Shown here: positions 25,946 through 38,542 of the stretch, one piece after another
Position numbering within the stretch: the first letter of the stretch is position 1
Layout of the letters: every line of letters starts with the position of its first letter
NCBI GenBank assembly: GCA_973895155.1
Contig: OZ316893.1
Span: forward strand, 24,107,520 to 24,171,519
Direction of reading: 5' to 3'
DNA from: Marsupella aquatica
Taxonomy: Eukaryota; Plantae; Marchantiophyta
DNA: 64,000 nucleotides
Translations under genes and position numbers: made by a program
The notes under the pieces: generated by a model
Databases searched by the model: none
Seen by the model: the letters and a program-made list of their open reading frames with translations, nothing else
What the model was told of the DNA's origin: nothing

Positions 25946-28900
25946 ATGGGGGAAGAGGGTGATGACATGGAGACAGACATGGGGCTTGGAGAGTGGGGTG
26001 AAGAGGAAAGATTGGATATGGATGGAGACCCAGATGCAGGGGGCTCACAGAAAAATGCACCTGTGCAGGATGCACAGGGCCCTCATCAAGTCCCAGGTAG
26101 GTGGGCAGCTAGAGAGAAATCACATAATCCATACCCTAGAAGGAGCCAGAGTTATTGGCAAGGGACGCCTGATAATTATGATGATGACTATGATGGAGCA
26201 GAAGATGGATGTGATGAATATGAACACCCAGAGCGTGGTAGAGACGGGTACAGAGGGCAATGGAAAGGTGAGGAGGATGATTGGACAAGTAAGTGCCTTG
26301 TGCTAGTGATTTTGTGATGGTAGTAGAGATTTAGCTCAATATGGACTTATCTGATGTGTAGCTAGGGCAAAGAGTTTATCTTACAGGTCCATGAGTGTGG
26401 CATGTACCTTTTGGTATGCAGACTCTGATTGGGACAATCACGAAAACAACAAAGGCCATCCACGTTCAGATAGGAGGCAATCATTCACAGGCGGGAGAAA
26501 CGGCCCTAATTCATCAAGACAAAGCAATAGGACAGGTGGTCCAGAACCATCTATGCGCCAAGGGAGAGGTAACTTGGTCATTGCAGAATTGCTCTGAAGT
26601 CCAGTGTATATTTGGCAGCAACATTTATGATTCATACTTACCTAATGGATCCTGTAAATGTGCAGGGACTCCAGGGAGGTTTGGACAATGCAATCCAGGC
26701 CGTGGGGGGAGATCAGGCCGTGGAGGGACCCCAGGCCATGGGGGGACACCAGGCCATGGAGGGACACCTAGTAGCGCTTCAGGGAGTACCAAGGCAGGAG
26801 CCAGTAACAAATTTGGTAAAGTAGAAGTGAATTCCGATGGTTGGATAACTCCCACATGTGATGGTAAGAACCGTTGGCATTCTGACCTAAGAGGAGAAGT
26901 ATTGCGTTGGTTAGATTTGAGCATTACAGAGTTTAGGAGTCAGAACAAAGCTGATTGGGCTGCTATCTGCAAGGACATTCTTGAACGGTGGGACTATGTT
27001 GGTAATGATGGTAAGGGCCCAGTTGAAGATTGCATATCAGATTATGCAATGAGGATTTTGAAACAAGAGAGGCATAGGTTGAAAAGGATGTGGATAGACA
27101 ATGGTTCTAATAGGAGAATGCCACCACCCCCATCATTGGAATTGGATCAATGGACACGGTTAATCAAAGGGTTCATGTCAGAGGCTGGACAGAGCAAAAG
27201 TGAACTGATGTCAAATGCTCGAGGCAAAGTGAAACACCTGTCATAGGCTGGGAGAGGAAGTTATGCTCCAGTGAAAGAACAATTGGTAAGGCAGTGACAT
27301 GCCTGATAGTAAGCCTCAAACTTATCATCTTGCTACCATTATTATATTTTCATTGACAATCAACACTTGGTTTCATTCATATGTATGTTGATGTGGACTG
27401 CAGAAGAAATTGACAGGTGAAGAACCATCAGCACAAGAAGTGAGAGAGGAGTTCATGAAACAAAGGAGTGAGGTGACAAGTGTGACTTCCAAACAGGTGA
27501 TTATGTTGTAATTATGTATGTTCTGTGACTATTTGGCCTTGAGCATCAGAAAGAATTGTAGTAGGAAGTAAGCAACCAGTTCTTGGGGACAATTATCTGA
27601 GATATGTAAGCTGTGTTATGACAAGGAACTGTTACAACTCTCACAGAGATGTGTGAACGGTTGAAGTCATTAGAGTGTGGACTCCCTCGAGTGGAAAGTA
27701 AATTGGCTGATCGTTTGGATATTGTGAAGGCATCTGTAGCGAACCTTCTTGCATCAATGGATCTAATTTCAAGCTTGTGATTGAAAAATTGGGTGGTTCC
27801 CAACCAAACAATGAGGGCAACATTGTACAAAGTGTGCCCTTGTTAACAAAAAAGGGAATTGGCAAATCTGACACAGGTATGGAAATGACACCGGCCCATT
27901 GTTCATTGTGTCCTATGTTCAAATGTTAGAAGTAAGTTTTCATGAATTGAGTGAATGGTTTGAATGCAGGAAGAGTGGAGGCAGAGAAGGACCCTGTAAT
28001 CAGTAAGCAGAATGGCAAAAAGGTTGCTGAGACAGGTAACCTGCTATGATCCAGTACATTACATTTGAAAAGTGCATGGAGTTTTGTGAAGCTTAAGCCG
28101 GTTGGAGGTAATCTTTTCTGTAAGAACTGGTTGGATCAACTAGGATCTGAAGTGACATCATGATTGATGTATCAGGTGATTCAAAGAGCAATGAAAAAGA
28201 TGTGCCCAGTGCCTCAGTGACCATAGCCAAGGAGGTATCAGGTAAGCTGATGCTTTAAATTCCTCTCCTACCATTGTTGAGAAACAATTCAGTGGTTAAT
28301 AGATTGAACCTGAATATTGTGGTGTGTTTATTGATCAGCAGAAGCAGACATGGAGGATATGGCAATGGCAAAGAAGGGGAAGAAGGCTGTTCATAATGGT
28401 AAGGAGATAGTGACAACTTTGTGGTTGGTGACATGTACATGGCGCACATGTGATGAGTGATTCACTTATGTTGGACAATGCACTGAATTGTAGTTGATGC
28501 AGAGTTGACAGACTCTCAACCAAGTGGGAGCAGGGTGAAGCGACGTCGAAACTTGGGAGCAACATTGGATGCAAGTAAGATTGTAGATGCTTCAATTGAA
28601 GCAAGTACAATGTTGGCAGATACTAAGATGATGTCGCAGGGAAATCCTGCTATACAATCGGAAGTGTCAAATATGGATGCAGATTCTTTGAAGAAGAGTG
28701 TAGCCAATTCTCGATCACTAGCACAAAACACTCGTGCCAAAGTCATGACTCGCAACCAAGGTATGAATAATGTCATGTATAAGCCACCCAGGAAAGCCAA
28801 GAAAAATAGCCAGGGTAAGGTGGAGGTGATAGCCACAGCAGAGCCTGTCCATAATCTTCTATCATGGGAGGATGACTCGCAGGTATGTGTGGGTACAGGC

Positions 28901-29092
28901 ATTTTGCGACCGGATCATGCTAAATTCCATGGCAAAGTGGTCCCGGATGACCATGTAGTAGTGTTGTTGACTACAGTGATTGTATCTGATTGTAATTTGC
29001 CATTTCCGAATAGAGACGATGATCCACCTCGATCAGGAAATAATTGCAGATGCAGTAGGATCTCTTGTGCTCTGGCCATCAGAGTGTGTTAG
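25946..29092 (+). pseudogene. CACTA TnpA/Ptta-like accessory gene of element 2, multi-exon, degraded
   Basis: Exon about 26666-27285 (RWHSDLR...ERHRLKRMW...PPPSLELDQWTRL...ARGKVKHLS*AGRGSY) aligns with the element-1 exon 5706-6153. The last exon has VCVGTG..FHGKVVPDDHVVV..LPFPN (Tnp1/En/Spm C-terminal-like). Confidence 0.7.
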
Positions 29093-29954
29093 TCTGCAGT
29101 GATTGAATGCAAGTGTAGATAGAATCATGTGAATTGTGTTACATTTTGACATTGCCTTGGAAAGATCCAAGATATATCTGTACCAATTTTTCCATTTGGT
29201 AAAGAGGATGAAGGAGCCGTTGTGTGTGACATTGATATTTCTGAATTCTGTATATATGAAACAAGTGATTGATGTCAAACTATGGCTCTATGGTGATTGT
29301 CTATGATACTTGAATCTGTTTTGTATCATTTCAGGATTAGTGTGTATGGTATAGACGAATGCACATTGACCTTCTTTGTAGTCTATGATGTTTGAATCTG
29401 TGAATTCATATTAGTGTACATGGTATAGAAGATGGCTTTCTGAAAATTTGTGTGAGGTTCTAATGTTAACATGGTGAATGGTGACCTTATAGAGTGAGTT
29501 CATTCCAAGTACACAATAAAACATGAATGGAATGTGTTATTTGTGCACAAGAGTGAGTTCATTCCAAGTAGTATAGTGGGGTCTTCATCACTCATTTCCA
29601 GTTGACATGAAAGACTTGTACATACCCCACAAAGTGTCTACTTTAGTCGTTTTATAAACCCACAAAGTATACTTAAAGACTACCCTCCATAACCTTTTGA
29701 GTTGTTCCCAATGACTCACCATCGCAGCCCATAAAAGACTGAAAAAGACTCACCAAACCTACCCACACAAAGACTACAATAGACTGAAAATCCAGTCTAT
29801 AAAACGACTTATAAACCAGTTCTATAAATGACTCAGTTGATTATAGTAACAAAACATACGACTCATAGTCCTATAAAGGACTGGAGTCCTTCCCAATCGT
29901 TTCCAAGTCCTATACGGTACTGAATAGTTGTTTAATGGGGTCTAAATACCCCCC

Positions 29955-29968
29955 GGTTTCTACTAGTG
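29955..29968 (-). repeat. Right TIR of CACTA element 2
   Basis: GGTTTCTACTAGTG, about 870 bp downstream of the TnpA-like gene; next bases ACC are the predicted TSD. Confidence 0.85.
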
Positions 29969-30193
29969 ACCCCAATTTAAGGAATACTGAAGTATTAGAT
30001 TAATTCCAATTTTATCTAAATATTATAAGTTAATGAATGATCAACCTCTTTAACATTTGGTGGGATAGTCAAAAACTTCAAATGTTTTGTTGCAAGATCT
30101 TTATAACAATGCATCACTAAATGACATCAAGTACCTCTTGATCCATGCACAAATCCTTAATTAAACTGTCATTCATTGTTTCAATTGTCTATT

Positions 30194-30723
30194 GGCATGG
30201 AACCATATAAAATCAGAAATCATTGAAAGTTGAGTTCACTTGAAGGTGTAACTATAATTATTATTTATTAATAGGATTGTTGTATATTACAATGTCTACT
30301 GGACATTCATTTGAATGTCAATAATATCATGCCTTAATATCACCAAACTAAGGCCCCACTGTCTAACTAATATTATATCTTAAATAAACTAACCAACTAA
30401 CTAACTTGTCTATTTAATTACTATAAGGTTGAATACAAAAAAAGATTGACATGCACCATGGCGTGACCTACAATCATAGTATCACCCTTTAATTAGTTAG
30501 TTTCTATTGCTTTGACTCAATCAGGCATGGAACCATATAAAATCAGAAATCATTGAAAGTTGAGTTCACTTGAAGGTGTAACTATAATTATTATTTATTA
30601 ATAGGATTGTTGTATATTACAATGTCTACTGGACATTCATTTGAATGTCAATAATATCATGCCTTAATATCACCAAACTAAGGCCCCACTAACTAATATT
30701 ATATCTTAAATAAACTAACCAAC
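30194..30723. repeat. Direct duplication of about 200 bp, 330-bp period
   Basis: GGCATGGAACCATATAAAATCAG...TAAATAAACTAACCAAC starts at 30194 and at 30524, nearly identical. Confidence 0.92.
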
Positions 30724-30813
30724 GATAAGACTTGTCTAAACTTGAGTTCTCTGCCTACTACTATTCTGAGTTGCCTTTTAAATTGTATACTAAACTACAT
30801 GCTTCATTACTGT

Positions 30814-33800
30814 CTAGGATTTGTCACTTGCTATGCATGTCAAGAGATAGTCTCTTGCCTTGACAGCAACATTCTTTGGAATTCCTACCAGCCCTGTCAC
30901 TGGTCCTTTGCGTGCTTTGAAACACCACAAGGCAAAGGAAACATCTATTGTCTCAGCTTCCTTGTATATTGGAGTTGGATCACGTTCCCATTTCTTATCC
31001 CAAGAATCTGCCCACCACTCTCTTGGCTGCCAGTCTGATTGACCACGTTGCTTCTTTGCCATAAATGGTCTAAACCACTCAACGCGACATACATGAGTAA
31101 GAAGGTTTTGTTCATTCACTGGTCCTTCTACCACATCTGTAACAACTAACCTCATATGGACGGGATAAACATCCAGGTCTGAGTCGTCCGGCCGTACCAA
31201 CACATGACAGCCCTTCACAACATCAACCCTAGGGTTAAAACTCTCAGGAGGTTTATCTTTTGCTGGTCCCACATAATCCACTATTGCCTCCAACTCACAT
31301 GCCACATTTTGATATTCTGGTGGAACGTGCTCTCTCCATATTGATAAAGGCCAAAACCCGTATTGCAAGTTGTGTGCACCTTCAGGTTCATATTGCACCT
31401 GCTCACCCTGTAGAGTATCTACAATGTCATTCCAATAATTGATGAGAGTTGTCCAATGTCGCTTTGGTTCTTCCTCTTTTGTTCGCTTTAGAATAAACTC
31501 AAAGAATGACACATGCTTCTTCAACCCTGTCAGCACTTCAGGAAGCATTTTCAACTCCATCATTGGTAGCCGTTTGGGCACCCCAATTGGGATGTGAGGA
31601 CTTTTGTCATCTTTCCATGACCACATTTCAATACCTTCCTTGGGTAACCATCCCTGATCAGTTGACTTCATTTTGTATTGGAAGCATGGCATACTATCAT
31701 GACGAACATAGAACCTAAACAGCCTGGGTTTTAAATGCCCCACCAATGCCTCAGGGCCCTTCAACATGAATGGAGCTAAGTAGTTTTTGAAATCTGGGAC
31801 CTCCTGTAGAAAATGTGGGACTGCATTGGGTGTCCTTGCTCTCATGAACAAGGACATTAACTCAGGCAATGAGTATGTGGGGTTATGCATCATAGACTCT
31901 GAAAAATGCCCGAACATACCGTCGACGTCCTCATGAGTATGCCCAACCACCATAAAACCAAGATGAACCTCTTCAAACACCTCCCTTGCCGTCAACAATG
32001 ACAAATAAGCCATCATATATCTGTTCTTGTTGTCTGAGGCACAATTATCCAGTTGTAGCTTCAATACTCGTGGAAGGGGCCTGAACTTTGGTGCCTCAGG
32101 TGCTGCATCACAATGTAACAATCTCAGAATGCTTTTAAATAAAACCCTAGTCAGACCCTAAACCCCAATTTAGGGTTTAGGGTTTAAACCCTATTAATGA
32201 AACCTTGGCTAGGAGGAGCAACAACTACACAAAGTAGAGTGTGTGTGAGCTTATATTATTAAATAATAATAAATTAAAGGATTGTGAGTAAAGTACCTAG
32301 GCTTGAGATGTAGGCAATGTCATCCTCAAATGCTCTAAGGACACTTGCCTCCAAGATATCTGCTCTCCCCAAAAGGAGGTCTTTAAAAAGACTTGTCGAG
32401 TCTGGCCCCTCCACAAGTGATTTGATCATTGGATTTGGGTTTTCCAACATCCTTAGTATTGAATCAATTGACCCAATAGTGATGTTGACATCACCTGCCC
32501 ACACTCCAACATGATATTGGGCTATGGCCTTGGGACCATGACCATGAGTAAGGATACCAGTGACAGTAATTGGGAACTTTTGGGCACCATCCACATGCTT
32601 AGGATTGAAGGGCATTCTTGGGAGAGCTGTCTTTGAATGATCCATCTTATCATGAATAAGGCATAACACTTCCTTTGGACGATGGATGGACTCATATCTC
32701 TAGGTATGATAGCACATTCTTTGCTGTGTGTGGTCTTGGTGATGTTCCTCCTCGTCACGCCTTAGGCCCTCTAACTCTTCCTTAGCTCCTGTAAGGTTTG
32801 CTTTCCGTTGAAGCAACTCACTACAAGTTGTACACTTTGAAAAGTTGTTGCCTTTTTTGTGACGTGAGAACTCCCTGAAATACATCTGATGTAGATGACT
32901 CAAGGTGGGTTGGGAAATTGGAGGAAGACCAGCCTCCTGGTTGACAACATTAACCCTGTTTCTAATATTCTCCCAAGTAAGATTTGTTGGCAATTCCCTC
33001 AAAACCATCCTTGTATTATCTGCCATGGTTCTCAACTTGGCTGGATGATGATGAGCTGCCTCCTCAATAATTAATCTCTTTCATTGACATGAATGCTTGA
33101 GATACTTTCTCGGACATACGCCTTTTTCCAGCATTACCATGGGTACCTATGTTCATTCCAGCCATCACAGTCTTCTTCAAGGCATAAAATTGAGTCTTTC
33201 CTCTTGAATGAATGATTCTCCATGCCTCCAAGCACAATACTTTGCCCTCCACTGCTAGAATCCTTTCTCCAGTACCCAAGTGTATTGTATTTTTAATAGC
33301 CTTGATTTCCTCCTCCTTGCGCTCCGCAAAAGATTTTGACCACCACTTTTGCCTAATTGCCATAGCCAAGTTGCGGTCCAAATATTGGCAACAATGTTCA
33401 CTACAACAGTCCTTAGTGTTTATCAACAACACATCTTGACGTGCCAAAGATGTGTCTCTTCTAGATGTCTGGGAAGATGGACTCTTTCTTTTCCTACTTT
33501 TATGGACGTAGGACCGCTTGCCACTTGTTGGAGATGTGTTCCCTCCCACAGCTTGCCTGATGTTGTGGAAAGACAACAAGTTGCCATCCTTGGCAATGAG
33601 TTGGTCCATCGACCAAGCTTTTAAGCAATCTCTATGCTTCAGATGATCTATGGTAGCTCCCTCGACAAAATTGTTGATCAGAATTCCCACATGTGTATTC
33701 CCAAGGGTGACATCCCCAAGCTTCACTATAGGATCTAGCACATGTATAGTTGCCACTGCAAAAATCAACTTGTTCTCATCCACCACCTTTACAGGCATGC

Positions 33801-34209
33801 CCATCCACAAGGCCTTTGGTAAAACTACTTCCACACCAGACCGACTCTCATTATGGTTGTTCCCATCAGAATTTTGATTGACTGGATCTTGATCATCACC
33901 AACAGTGCCAAACACATCCTCCGATTCCATGGGAGCTCAAAAAAGCTGATTCCTTTCCCATACAAGGTAACCCCCAATCATGTCCTTCAAAAGTTTGCCA
34001 TCTTCGCATAGAATGGTCTCGTCAAAAACTTCCTCCAATAGAAGAAGAACTCTGTCCACCCCAAGAGGAATATTGTGACAAACCCTGGAAGGATCAAGAC
34101 TTATCACGCGACCTTTTCCAACCTGTTTCTCACGTATGCCTATAATAACTTGTCTGCATTCCCTGATCCAGACTGTCGATGTCACCATAATAATTATGAT
34201 CTTGCACAT
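30814..34209 (-). pseudogene. Sola-like / DUF7869-type RNase H-fold transposase
   Basis: FSKCTTC, LIHDKMDHSKTALP, LKLQLDNCASDNKNRY, GFMVVGHTHEDVDGMF. Four upstream ORFs plus 30814-32121 join through stops at 33937 and 32700, a frameshift near 33060 and a predicted intron about 32123-32299. Superfamily assignment needs HMM confirmation. Confidence 0.75.
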
Positions 34210-34258
34210 CAGAGAATATCACTGTAAGCGTACAGTCCTGTCACATCCGTCAATTTCA

Positions 34259-35055
34259 ATGCACTGTCCTGTCACGTCGGTCAATAAGCAAAATGTAGTC
34301 AATGCATTGCGCTGCACGCGATTGGTCGCGTGACCCTAGAGGTACCACACATACCGGCAACAAACTATGCATGGTCCGTCAATCATTTCAAATGAATGAG
34401 AATAACCACAATCGATTACGATCAATCATTTCACATCCACTCAGAACAAATGAGTGGACAGTCAGTAACTACTGAGGATAGTAGTGCTAATAAGCGCCAG
34501 TAAAACGTCCGTGAACTGCATTGTCCTGTCACAACCGTCAATAAGTAGGCAAAATGTAGTCAATGCACTGCCCTGCACGCAACTAGTCGCGTGACCTTAG
34601 TCAGAGGGTGTAGGGATAACAGGGTCTACGACGTAGAAGCTAGAAGGCTAGGCCCAAACTCTAGCTCGTACTTGGTACTTCATAAGTAAGATACAATTGC
34701 GCGTGAGACAGGAAGATACAATTACGGATCTAAAGGCATGTCGCGTGACCTTAGTCAGAGGGTGTAGGGATAACAGGGTCTACGACGTAGAAGCTAGAAG
34801 GCTAGGCCCAAACTCTAGCTCGTACTTGGTACTTCATAAGTAAGATACGATTGCGCGCGAGACAGGAAGATACAATTACGGATCTAAAGGCATCACACAT
34901 ACCGGTAAAGATTATGCATGGTCCGTTAGTCATTTCAAGTGAATGAGAATGACTACAATCGATTACGAACAATCATTTCAACTCCACTCAGAAAAAATGA
35001 GTGGACAGTACCAGTTTACCAATGAGTGGACACCGGACAGTCAGTAACTACTGTC
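34259..35055. repeat. Compound duplication upstream of the transposase, including a 154-bp tandem pair (starting about 34587 and 34741)
   Basis: 34259-34462 is repeated at 34517-35009, with a doubled 154-bp segment (TCGCGTGACCTTAGTCAGAGGGTGTAGGGATAACAGGG...) in the second copy. Confidence 0.85.
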
Positions 35056-35369
35056 CTTCATAAGAAATCTCAGTACTTCACTAGCAATCAGTATTCCTGG
35101 GGCGGTCGCCAAACGTGAAATTAAAGCCATAATTAGAGGACAACTGAACTTCCCGCCAATTCTAATACGCGCCAGTCAAACGCACACTCTCTTCTAGAAA
35201 CCAGTATGTACAATGACTAGTGGAGACTAAACAGTATAAAGCATTGAGATGATCCCTATTGCTCATTCCCCCAGGCATTCCACTTTCTGGCTACTGGATA
35301 ATCTATTCGCACATCAGCTCTCTCATTTCCAATTCATAGTCTCGGTCAACATCTCTTGTTTGAAGGGCG

Positions 35370-35911
35370 ATGACTACTCCGCTGAGCTTGAAGAATGAGG
35401 ATATTCCGACGGACGATTCAGAAGGTTTGACGTATCGAATTTGTGGTACTCCTTACAAAATGTGTCAGCGATGTAATATAATGTTTACGGTGACTAAATC
35501 GCGTCAAATGTTTTGTGAGAGACAACATTGTTCACCACATTTGTCGAGGAAGATCAGATGGAGACCAATCCGACAGAGATGACTACAAAGATGGCATCAG
35601 GGGAGAAGTTAAAGGGCAAAGCCCTCGTGGAATCCATTTCGAGGGGGGAGAAGTTGAAGGCCAGAGCATGCGTCGAATCCATTTCGGGGGAAGCAACAGC
35701 AGACGCTAAGACAATCAAGAAGGAGGCCAAGAAAGTGGACGCACCAAAGAAAAGGCAATTAGAGATGAACGAAGATTCTGATTTGTATTACAGAAAGAGC
35801 AAGCCGAGAAAATCTATGGACGTTAGGACTTGGGCAAAGAAAGAATTTCTGGATTCAAGGGAATCCACACCAGACACCGATGAGTGGATGCCTTCATCTT
35901 GGAATGACTGA
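35370..35911 (+). pseudogene. Hypothetical small protein with possible zinc ribbon, frameshifted
   Basis: TATAAA at about 35236, then ATG 35370. CQRC..CERQHC is followed, in another frame, by a Lys/Glu-rich tail to 35911. Confidence 0.35.
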
Positions 35912-36164
35912 CTCGATCAAAGTCAACAATATTTTGAGTAGTCAAAGATTAGAACTACAAATTCAAGAGTAGTTCAAGTTTGGACTTGTTATAGATACTG
36001 TGTAGCTTAATTTTGTCCCATGGAAAATAGTGTTCGAAAGACCAGGTCAGTTAAATTCCTGGATAGTGCTAGTGGATATGGATTCCACATCCGAAGTCCT
36101 TTGGGATCAATGCAACCATTTTTGAAATCAAGGAAAAATCGAGATTCCTCTGACTGACAATTCG

Positions 36165-36873
36165 TTAGGCTGTCGACTACAATAAACAATATCAAAAAGA
36201 CCTGAGATAATTTGGTTCACGCGACTGTGCGCGTGACGAACTACATGTGTAACCAAAAAACAGGTCATCCTACTAACAAGTTGAGATCAGGAAGATCTGA
36301 GAAATAAAGGGCGATTACGTCTAAGAGTGCAGAGCTTTAGCTGACCTCTAAAACATTAACGCGACCGTGCGCGTGATGAAACAAAGACGTTGGTTTTAAA
36401 ATAGATTGCTGGCCAATTCACTAGGCTATCGACTACAATAAACAATATCAAAAGACACGAGATAAAATGGTTCACACGACTGTGCGCGTGACGAACTACA
36501 TGTGTAACCAAAAAACAGGTCATCCTACTAACAAGTTGAGATCAGGAAGATCTGAGAAATAAAGGGCGATTACGTCTAAAAGTGCAGAGCTTTCGCTGAC
36601 CTCTAAAACATTAACGCGACCGTGCGCGTGATGAAACAAAGACGTTGGTTTTAAAATAGATTGCTGGAGAATTTGCTAGGTTGTCGACTACAATAAACAA
36701 TATCAAAAGACACGAGATAAATTGGTTCACGCGACTGTGCGCGTGATGAAGTACATGTGTAATCGAAAAATCAGGTCATCCTACTAACAAGTTGAGATCA
36801 GTCTGATCTGAAAAATGGACCTCGATTACGTTTTGTTTTGCTAGGCCGTCGACTACAATAAACAATAGCAAAA
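36165..36873. repeat. About 256-bp tandem repeat, roughly 2.7 copies
   Basis: TAGGCTGTCGACTACAATAAACAATATCAAAA recurs near 36165, 36422, 36677 and 36842; full units carry two ACGCGACYGTGCGCGT motifs. Confidence 0.92.
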
Positions 36874-38289
36874 CGTATGGACAACTATAGTTGAACGCCA
36901 TACAATTTTAGACTAGAGAATTCATTCGGATCCTCTACTAGTACTTCTGATACATTGCTTCTGTATTGGACTTGAAACACGGATTGATCAAAATCAGAGT
37001 GAGAAATTGGACCATAACTTCATTGACTCAATTCATGCATTGAATGCGTGATTTAAGGCAACTACTCTCCTCATTTATTGCGGAATTAATGCTGATTGAT
37101 ACTTACAAGTTATTTAGTTGCGTGTGGTCTCAGCAATGTTGGCGGCAACCCTACGATGTTGGCGGAAACCCTCCTCCCAGCCAAGCCTCTTCCTTCCAGC
37201 GTAGCCTCCTCGTCCCAGCCAACTAAGCCTCCTCCTTCAAACTCCAATTTCCTTGAGTATCGTGATCGAATCCCACCACCAGAGAATGACAACTTGTTGA
37301 TCGTATCAATATCAAAATCCTCGACCAAACTGTGATTTCAGAATAGCCGCTCTTTGTTGGTCCGCTAGAATGCTTCGATTAATGAGGCAGACTATGGAGG
37401 TTCTAAATGTTTGTCGTCTCGCTTCGTCGCAACTCTCCCGCTTGATCGGATGTGCTCTCCCCAAGATTGAAGGTGATACAACAAGAACTGCGCCAGCGTT
37501 GCTTGAATGAGCTCCGCCTCCGACTGGAATAGTCGAATGATCCAATCTGCTCCACCTCAAATGTGCCTTGGATCAACCTCTGCTGAGAGCCCAACTAGTA
37601 TCCTGGTCAGGAGAAACTGAAAATGAAGAATGATCCGTGAGCGATGAGATCAGTCTATTGACTCCATGGAGGATGTGTTCATCTGGACTCGATTTTGATT
37701 TTGAAAATTGGTTGAGTCTCCAGCCGTGAGAATCATTGTACAGGATTGATTTTGAATATCGGTCCTCCCCGACCGTGAGAATCATTTTACGTTGTTTAGA
37801 GTAAGGGTTTGAATTGGCAAGATAGAGAGTGGAGTACGGATCCGGATCCGACGGTCTCCACTACCAAAATGGAATGATTTTGAAGTTTGCCTCCAGTACG
37901 TGATGGAACGATCGTGAGAAAGTTATCGTTCGTTCACATTTTGGATTTGAATTGGCAGATATAGTGAAGATACGGATCCGGGGGTCTCCACTAACAATCT
38001 TTCACAGTTGCATAATTACCGGTTTAAATTTCAAATTGGCGATCAAATAGAAATCTCCTTTAGTACGGAAAATCAAAAGGAATCCGATAATCTTTTTTTC
38101 ACGATTGCATAGTTTGTTCAGTCGATGGTGGAGTGTACGGAGATCATCTAGAACCTTCCTGTCGCTAGGCTGTTATTAGGGTTATGCTAAAACAATACCC
38201 TAATTAGTCCTTCCTTAGTGTCGGCGCCCATGGTCTCGAGTTCACTATTCATTGTTGTTGTTTCTCGCTCCCTAGACTTTTGCACGCCT

Positions 38290-38383
38290 GCTCTCGTCGC
38301 TCTCGCTCTCGTTGCTCTCGCTCTCGTTGCTCTCGCTCTCGTTGCTCTCGCTCTCGTTGCTCTCGCTCTTGTCGCTCTCGCTC
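38290..38383. repeat. 15-bp minisatellite (GCTCTCGTTGCTCTC), about 6 copies
   Basis: Seen directly; produces the RATRA / LVALA repeats in the ORF track. Confidence 0.9.
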
Positions 38384-38542
38384 CTGCCTTGGATTTCATT
38401 TTTGTCGTTGCAGCTCGTTCGTTGTGGTCAGGTGCTTGTCGGCGCGTTGCAGCTCTTAGTAGTTGTCGATCGTTTTGACCAAGAGCTCGTTGGCGCATTG
38501 CAGCTCGCATTTACAGCTCGTATTCACTTCTAGTTTGCTAGT

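Larger units (their letters stand above)
1..29968 (+). mobile_element. CACTA element 2 (left end not in window; probably hosts element 1)
   Basis: Right TIR GGTTTCTACTAGTG ends at 29968, preceded by many AAGACT/AGTC subterminal motifs (about 29630-29910). It has its own TnpD and TnpA genes on the plus strand. No matching CACTAGTAGAAACC was seen in the window, so extension to the window start is inferred. Confidence 0.65.

Noticed and set aside
32141-32193. Telomere-like TTTAGGG/CCCTAAA motifs
   Set aside because: Only 2-4 short copies inside a predicted intron; similar telo-box-like words also occur near 2580 and 15890. Not an interstitial telomere.
38187-38533. RATRA / LVALA / LSLLS repeat proteins
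   Set aside because: Open frames arise automatically from a stop-free 15-bp minisatellite.
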